Positions 26,083 through 31,025 of a stretch of 31,025 nt of DNA are shown piece by piece. A program made the position numbers and the translations under genes. Numbering within the stretch: position 1 is the first letter of the stretch; the number at the start of each line of letters is the position of its first letter. This DNA comes from a virus (lineage: Duplodnaviria > Caudoviricetes), in IMG/VR virus record IMGVR_UViG_3300047669_001596, positions 1-31,025 of that record; one strand, written 5' to 3'. Below the pieces are notes generated by a model. That model saw only the letters and a list, made by a program, of their open reading frames with translations, searched no databases and was not told the origin of the DNA.

Positions 26083-27431
26083 CACCCAATATACACAAAG
26101 TTTGGTACTTTTCTTAAATTCTCTTGCAGATTATCAGCAACTTGATTCAACTGTTCACTTGTAGTGCTTCTACTTGTCACCTCTAAGTCTTCCCTCAGTT
26201 CTGTAATGAGTTGTTCCTTTTCTTGTTGGGCCTCTGCTCTTAATTCTGCTCCATCTAGTGATGTTTCTCCACCCGGAATAGGAATACTTTGATACTTAGC
26301 ACGAATTGCACCAAGGAGTTCTTTGCACAAAGACAGATAATACTTCATTATCCACCTCTTACCTACATCGTTGATACTACCGAAATTATGAAATTGATAA
26401 GGTACGTTGCTGACATCTGTTACATTTGATGCAGTCGGCATATTTTTATCTGTGGTTGATCCATCATCGATACCTGATGTAGTTTCAGTTGCAACTACTT
26501 GTTGTGTGGTCTCCTCCGATACCTCAGTCTGTGTTTTTGGCATGGTGTTAAACTCATCCGCATCAACATAACCTTGGACGGCTGCTATATCCCTTTCTCG
26601 TTTATATACGTAATCAAACCACAATTTAAAATCTTTCGTGGGAACTGGTAATATGGTAAGTTTATTATTGATGACCTCAAACCCATACGCACTGCGTCTA
26701 AGTTGCTCATTAAATTCAATTGCCTGTAATCTCATAAGGTCCTCATTCACAGGATGCATTAAAAACTGAGTTCCTACTGGTGACATACCATTCCAACCAA
26801 ACTCATTGAGCATATTTGACATCGACATACCAGAATTTGACATCGGGTCGTACATTTTATTTAACGCAGGGGGAGGGTGGTGCCAGATGCGTTTTACCTC
26901 AATCCGCTCTTGTCTTTTTTTTCCAGTTTTTGCGTCAATATAATATTGATTAAACAAACCCTGAAGATCATATGTCTGCACTCCTTTTTTTACCTCAAGT
27001 GATTGCTTTCTCCAGTCAACATTTCCACCCGCACCGACTTCAGCACCGTATGCCTCTGCAAGTTTTAAATAGAATGGCAATGGTTGAGTTTGCATCACAG
27101 ATGTGGTTAAGTTCACACTCGTAGTAGTTCCCTTTAGACTATAAAGGTTTTGTTTGATTGAAAATTGATTAACTTGAGAGCTGTATTCCGTTATCGCTTC
27201 CTCGAAACATGCGTAAAATTGTACATCTATCATTTCCACATCAACGATTGGATATCCCAATCGTTTTGCGGCCCAATCCGCTGCTCTTGGTGCGAATGAC
27301 ACAAAGGATGGGTCATCGTCAAAAAAAGCAAATGGAGTTTTTCCAACGGGAGAGGTCACTACTCCGTCCCAACGGATTCTCTCTAGTTCAAATGACTCTT
27401 CTTCATTGTTATCTGTATTGTCAGTATCCAT
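26082..27431 (-). CDS. Neck/head-tail adaptor protein (T4 gp13-like), 449 aa
   Basis: RLGYPIVDVEM...CFEEAITEY N-terminal motif and WIMKYYLSLCKELLGAIRAKY..IPGGETSLDGAELRAEA C-terminal motif. Follows the capsid gene. Confidence 0.8.
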   Translation of the reverse strand: MDTDNTDNNEEESFELERIRWDGVVTSPVGKTPFAFFDDDPSFVSFAPRAADWAAKRLGYPIVDVEMIDVQFYACFEEAITEYSSQVNQFSIKQNLYSLKGTTTSVNLTTSVMQTQPLPFYLKLAEAYGAEVGAGGNVDWRKQSLEVKKGVQTYDLQGLFNQYYIDAKTGKKRQERIEVKRIWHHPPPALNKMYDPMSNSGMSMSNMLNEFGWNGMSPVGTQFLMHPVNEDLMRLQAIEFNEQLRRSAYGFEVINNKLTILPVPTKDFKLWFDYVYKRERDIAAVQGYVDADEFNTMPKTQTEVSEETTQQVVATETTSGIDDGSTTDKNMPTASNVTDVSNVPYQFHNFGSINDVGKRWIMKYYLSLCKELLGAIRAKYQSIPIPGGETSLDGAELRAEAQQEKEQLITELREDLEVTSRSTTSEQLNQVADNLQENLRKVPNFVYIG

Positions 27432-27436
27432 TGTCT

Positions 27437-27444
27437 ATAAATAT
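27437..27444 (-). promoter_or_regulatory. ATATTTAT putative late promoter motif (5 nt before ATG)
   Basis: ATATTTAT-AGACA-ATG, downstream of the capsid terminator. Confidence 0.6.
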
Positions 27445-27467
27445 ATGTCTACAACGTTAATCGTTAT

Positions 27468-27499
27468 AAATAAAAGAGGGGTTCAAAAGAACCCCTCTT
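27468..27499 (-). terminator. Intrinsic terminator after the major capsid gene
   Basis: Coding strand: AAGAGGGGTTC-TTTT-GAACCCCTCTT-TTATTT. Confidence 0.85.
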
Positions 27500-27524
27500 A
27501 AATTTTTTGTTATTCCAAACAGAA

Positions 27525-28955
27525 TTACAGATCGTCTGTACCTGAAACGGTAAGTTTTCCGTAGAATTCTGGACGAACCATCTTCTTGGCATAACGGGTC
27601 ATTACACCACGACGTGGAGTAAAGTTGACCGGATCGTATACCAAAGGAGTTTGGATGAGCGGAATGTACGGAGCATAAACTGCACCTGTTTCAAGGAAGT
27701 TTGTTCCTCTGAATCCAATAAGAACGTCACCACTTGTCATGTATGGGTTCTTGTAAACTTGGAAACGATTGTTCAACTGACCGACCTTAGTAACACCCAT
27801 TGCAAACTGAGACTGATTTCCGTCAGTGTCAACTGCATATCCTGGGATACTTTCAAGCACCGTAGCAACTTGTGGAGAACAAACCAAGAAGTTTGCACCA
27901 CCACGAAGAGTCAACTGATGAATTGTGTTACTCACCTTTTGAATCTTTGTACCGAGACGTTGAAAATATGTCCCTTGAGTGTCACCACCTGTAAGTCCAC
28001 CTGCTGGAGTTGCATCGAAGTCACCACCGTCTGTGTGTGCGTTAACGATAAGCATATCGAGAATTTCCAAATCAATTTCCATTGAAACATACTCGGAGAG
28101 CAACGAAGTCAATTCTGCTTCGGCATCAATGCTATGATACGCATTCAAGTCTTGAGCAAGTTCTGGTGTCCAGACTGCTTTTAACTTACGTGTCTTCGCA
28201 ACGATTGGCTCACTTTTGAGTTCCAAGTTGACTTCAGGAATCCCGACGTCCTTGGTAAGACCTGTATCGGCTGCATCAGCTGATGCTCCAAGGTTGTCTT
28301 CAAAATCACCACGATTTTCTGCGGTTGTGGCCGCATGGTAATGTAATGTTCCGACTGCGACTGCTTTGTTTTCACCGTCAAGTTGAGATTCACTTCCGTC
28401 AGCTGCAACAACTTTAAACGCACGAACGCCTTCTAAGTCTGCATCCGCTGGGATAGCATCACCTACATTGACATCAATTTGCTTGTCGTTAAGTGAGTAA
28501 CCGTGACGACCTGCGCCATAGAGACCACCTTCTGCTTTGTCGGTTGAACCCAACTTTGCATCAGCTGAACCACCGAAAAGGCTTCCACCTTTTTGAAGTG
28601 ACTGCTCTGTTCCATACTTGAAGTCCAAGTAGAAAATCAACCCAGATGGGAGATTCATTGGTTGAACCGAAACGAATTCCTTTGATGCGATTTCTGCGAA
28701 CACACGGCGAACGAGAGGAAGGGCAACGCCACTCCATTCTTCGTTACCTCCACCTGTACCGGTGCGTGATGCTTCGTCGATCAACTGCTTTGCTTGGTTT
28801 TCCAGAAGAATGGACATGCCACTCTTTTCGGTATCGGTTGCGATACCTTCTAAAAGTCCAGTTTTTTCCCACTTAGACACAAGACCACGTGTTTCTGACA
28901 TGAGTCGTGCTTGAGGGTTCTGGCTTTCGCTTAATAATTTACTGATTTCACTCAT
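27525..28955 (-). CDS. gp23: Major capsid protein (T4 gp23-like), 476 aa
   Basis: LLENQ, LPLVRR, VQPMNLPSGLIFYL, AKTRKLKAVWTPELAQDLNAYHSIDAEAEL, YAPYIPL and FTPRRGVMTRY motifs. SD AGGA. Confidence 0.97.
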   Translation of the reverse strand: MSEISKLLSESQNPQARLMSETRGLVSKWEKTGLLEGIATDTEKSGMSILLENQAKQLIDEASRTGTGGGNEEWSGVALPLVRRVFAEIASKEFVSVQPMNLPSGLIFYLDFKYGTEQSLQKGGSLFGGSADAKLGSTDKAEGGLYGAGRHGYSLNDKQIDVNVGDAIPADADLEGVRAFKVVAADGSESQLDGENKAVAVGTLHYHAATTAENRGDFEDNLGASADAADTGLTKDVGIPEVNLELKSEPIVAKTRKLKAVWTPELAQDLNAYHSIDAEAELTSLLSEYVSMEIDLEILDMLIVNAHTDGGDFDATPAGGLTGGDTQGTYFQRLGTKIQKVSNTIHQLTLRGGANFLVCSPQVATVLESIPGYAVDTDGNQSQFAMGVTKVGQLNNRFQVYKNPYMTSGDVLIGFRGTNFLETGAVYAPYIPLIQTPLVYDPVNFTPRRGVMTRYAKKMVRPEFYGKLTVSGTDDL

Positions 28956-28989
28956 TGTAATTTTCCTATATTAATGTTTTTTTGATTGA

Positions 28990-30237
28990 TCAAACAATTC
29001 CTGCAAGTTTCTTAAAACGATTGGCAAGTTGATTGCCTTCCGTTAAAATCTTCTTTGACGGTTTTGTAGATTTGATTGGTTTAGATGCCATCCCTTCTGT
29101 CAATGTCCGTTTGGACCTAGCACTTGTCTTTGGTTTTGCAACCGCAGTTGTTTCTTTAGTGCTTGAACGGAAGGACTCACCCAACGTTGCGTAAACGAGT
29201 TTTGCTTCACGAACATTCTTCGTGAGATCAAAGCTTTCTACGACTTTCAGTTTTTGGTCTTCGGTTAATACATGATGCTTAAACAATTTATTTGTATAAA
29301 GCAGTTTTGCATTAAGAAGATTAACTTCATTCAACTTACCACGCAAATATGTGTAAACCTTGCGGTATTCTTCATTTTCTTTTTGAAGCTTGGTGTTTGA
29401 TACCTTTAATTCCTCAATTTCTTCAGAACTTTCGTCCTCCTCGTCTTCCAAAGATTCATCTTCTAGTTCCTTAAGGATTTCTTCCAAGTTGATTTCGTCA
29501 TCGTCTTCTGCGGTGTCTCCATCTTGGTTGCTATCCTCAACATTTTCAGTTGGGAATGCGACCTCTTCATCATCTTCAGTAGCAACTGGTTCATCAGATT
29601 CGTCACCAGCAGGTGCGTCTTCGTCAACGATTTCAATATCAATATCTTCGTCAATGTCAGCAACTTTTTCTAGTTCTTCATCTTCTTCACCAACTGATGC
29701 ACTTTGAACTTCGGTATCATCGGGAAGATCTTCATCGTCACTATCAGCAACGTTGATATGTTCTTCACCACCTGTACCTAATTCGGATGAGTCGGATTGT
29801 TCTTCGAGTTCGTCCTCGTCTGTTTCTGATGCAAGATCGTCTTCAAGTTCTTTAATAATTGAATCCAAATCAAACGCATCTTCTTCAACTGCTTCGTCTT
29901 CATCCTCGTCGGCAGATAATTCTGCTTCAAGGTCATCCTCAACAGCGACTTCTTCTTCGTCAGCAGGAGCTTCTTCAGCTTCTGGTTCTTCGGCAGGTGC
30001 TTCAGCAGCGGGTTCTTCATCCGCAACTACGTCGTCAACTTCGTCTTCAACTTCCTCGTCATCCTCAAGTTCAAGTTCGTCATCCTCTAGGTCTGACTCT
30101 TCTTCCTTAAGCTTCTTAGTAAGCATACTTTGCAAACGTGGTGCGAATGCTTCTTCGAGTGCAAGTCTTGCATTGGCAAGAGCTGTTTCACGAACTGCTT
30201 TGGCATCGGCAATAGCCTCTTTTAATAATTTACTCAT
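28990..30237 (-). CDS. Prohead core/scaffolding protein (T4 gp22-like role), 415 aa
   Basis: Immediately upstream of the capsid gene. Helical N-terminus, extremely Asp/Glu-rich centre and coiled-coil C-terminus (LNEVNLLNAKLLYTNKLF...RFKKLAGI). Confidence 0.8.
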   Translation of the reverse strand: MSKLLKEAIADAKAVRETALANARLALEEAFAPRLQSMLTKKLKEEESDLEDDELELEDDEEVEDEVDDVVADEEPAAEAPAEEPEAEEAPADEEEVAVEDDLEAELSADEDEDEAVEEDAFDLDSIIKELEDDLASETDEDELEEQSDSSELGTGGEEHINVADSDDEDLPDDTEVQSASVGEEDEELEKVADIDEDIDIEIVDEDAPAGDESDEPVATEDDEEVAFPTENVEDSNQDGDTAEDDDEINLEEILKELEDESLEDEEDESSEEIEELKVSNTKLQKENEEYRKVYTYLRGKLNEVNLLNAKLLYTNKLFKHHVLTEDQKLKVVESFDLTKNVREAKLVYATLGESFRSSTKETTAVAKPKTSARSKRTLTEGMASKPIKSTKPSKKILTEGNQLANRFKKLAGIV

Positions 30238-30335
30238 GTTAATTAATTCCTATGTGTTTTCTAAAGTCATTGAGGACTTTAATATAGTCTTAAAACCTTT
30301 TTCGCTTCCAATTTATTGTGGAGGCATTTTGATAG

Positions 30336-30343
30336 ATAAATAT
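30336..30343 (-). promoter_or_regulatory. ATATTTAT putative late promoter motif
   Basis: Intergenic copy between a terminator and the scaffold/capsid operon. Confidence 0.55.
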
Positions 30344-30384
30344 ATACTTACATACAAAAATACTAAAAAAATTAAAAAAATTAT

Positions 30385-30413
30385 AAAAAAAAGGTGACTT
30401 TGTCACCCTTTTT
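30385..30413 (-). terminator. Intrinsic terminator after the acidic repeat protein gene
   Basis: Coding strand: GGTGAC-AAA-GTCACC-T8. Confidence 0.75.
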
Positions 30414-30443
30414 CCGTTATTTTTAGTTTTAAATTTAGTTTTA

Positions 30444-31025
30444 CTACAATATTTTTTTATTTCCAAGCATTCTATCAAGTTTTTCGGAGAGTGTGATTTT
30501 GGACCAATTCTCACGAACCTTGTAGGTTTTGCCTGCAACTTCGAATTCAGTTTCACCGGCTTCCTTGGCCTTTGCCACCGCATCGCCGAACGCGTTACCT
30601 TCTTCAACGTCATCTTCGCAAGTTTCGCATACATCTTCTTCAAGTTCATCGTCATCTTCTTGGCCAGTAAACTCTTCTGTGTCTTCGTCAACACCGAGGT
30701 CACTGAGAATTTCTCTTAACTTATATGTCTTCCCAGAAACTTCAAATTCCGTTTCATCGTTTTCTCGGGCTGCTTTGACGGCCGCACCGAATGCATTGCC
30801 TTCTTCAATTGCGTCCTCGTCATCCTCTTCGGTTGACTCACCTTGGTCACCTTGCTTTTTAAGAATTGCCTTCTTCAAAGGTTCTGGTAATTTTTCTTGA
30901 GCAGCGGTTAAACCTTCGTCAACATCTTCGTTTTCATCGTCAGATGAATCGGAATTACCTTGCTTTTTAAGAATTGCCTTCTTCAAAGGTTCTGGTAATT
31001 TTTCTTGAGCAGCGGTTAAACCTTC
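30444..31025 (-). CDS. Acidic repeat-containing protein, 5' end beyond window (193 aa visible); possible prohead/internal protein
   Basis: Frame is open from 31025 (EGLTAAQEKLPEPLKK...) to the stop at 30444. The ORF-track start at 30986 is an internal TTG. Confidence 0.85.
   Translation of the reverse strand, partial: EGLTAAQEKLPEPLKKAILKKQGNSDSSDDENEDVDEGLTAAQEKLPEPLKKAILKKQGDQGESTEEDDEDAIEEGNAFGAAVKAARENDETEFEVSGKTYKLREILSDLGVDEDTEEFTGQEDDDELEEDVCETCEDDVEEGNAFGDAVAKAKEAGETEFEVAGKTYKVRENWSKITLSEKLDRMLGNKKIL
30510..30806 (-). repeat. Two 32-aa modules EEGNAFG.AV..A.E..ETEFEV.GKTYK.RE, 201 nt apart
   Basis: Copies at 30711-30806 and 30510-30605. Similar at protein level, diverged at DNA level. 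Confidence 0.9.
30849..31025 (-). repeat. Identical 69-bp direct repeat (period 108 bp) encoding EGLTAAQEKLPEPLKKAILKKQG
   Basis: 30849-30917 is identical to 30957-31025. The second copy is cut by the window edge. Confidence 0.95.

Larger units (their letters stand above)
1..31025 (-). mobile_element. Head-neck-tail-baseplate morphogenesis module of a large contractile-tailed (T4-superfamily-like) bacteriophage
   Basis: Co-oriented gp23-like capsid, tail sheath, tail tube, tape measure and baseplate-like genes in canonical order. No host housekeeping genes, integrase or att site seen. Confidence 0.95.

Noticed and set aside
18032-27472. Literal T4 late promoters TATAAATA on the + strand (18032, 19232, 27436, 27465)
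   Set aside because: They would point away from every gene. Their position fits the minus-strand reading TATTTAT better, and most copies of the motif lack the full T4 octamer.
29390-30900. Ser-rich + strand ORFs (29390..29707, 29753..30397, 30529..30900) and alternate-frame minus ORFs such as 30290..30703
   Set aside because: Mirror or shifted readings of the Asp/Glu-rich scaffold and repeat protein. 30290..30703 also runs through a terminator.
1-31025. tRNA, rRNA or structured ncRNA genes; bacterial contractile injection system or tailocin
   Set aside because: Intergenic gaps are short and AT-rich with no cloverleaf seen. The capsid, scaffold and neck genes show this is a phage, not a headless injection system.

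Overview
The window is part of a large myovirus-type (contractile-tailed, T4-superfamily-like) phage genome. All credible genes lie on the minus strand. In transcription order (right to left) they are: a partial acidic repeat protein, prohead scaffold, gp23-like major capsid protein, neck/head-closure/tail-terminator proteins (gp13/14/15-like), a small coiled-coil protein, tail sheath, a small membrane protein, tail tube, a small protein, a gp26-like tail assembly chaperone, a small protein, a 1993-aa tape measure protein, a 2153-aa tube-initiator-like fusion protein, a LysM/gp53-like protein, a 1211-aa baseplate hub-like protein, a hypothetical protein, and a partial family A polymerase-like gene that the ORF track missed. 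Main points of interest: (1) a start-less 80-codon ORF joined to the chaperone by a probable +1 (or -2) frameshift on a U7 run; (2) a compact PolA-like protein with a nearly absent thumb, no obvious exonuclease motif and His at the steric-gate position; (3) an ATATTTAT late-promoter-like motif found 9 times between genes, 3 times exactly 5 nt before an ATG; (4) a very long extension of repeated modules on the tube initiator; (5) signs of protease-processed internal head proteins and a possible polyprotein. All family calls come from motif recognition and gene order by eye. No database searches were run.
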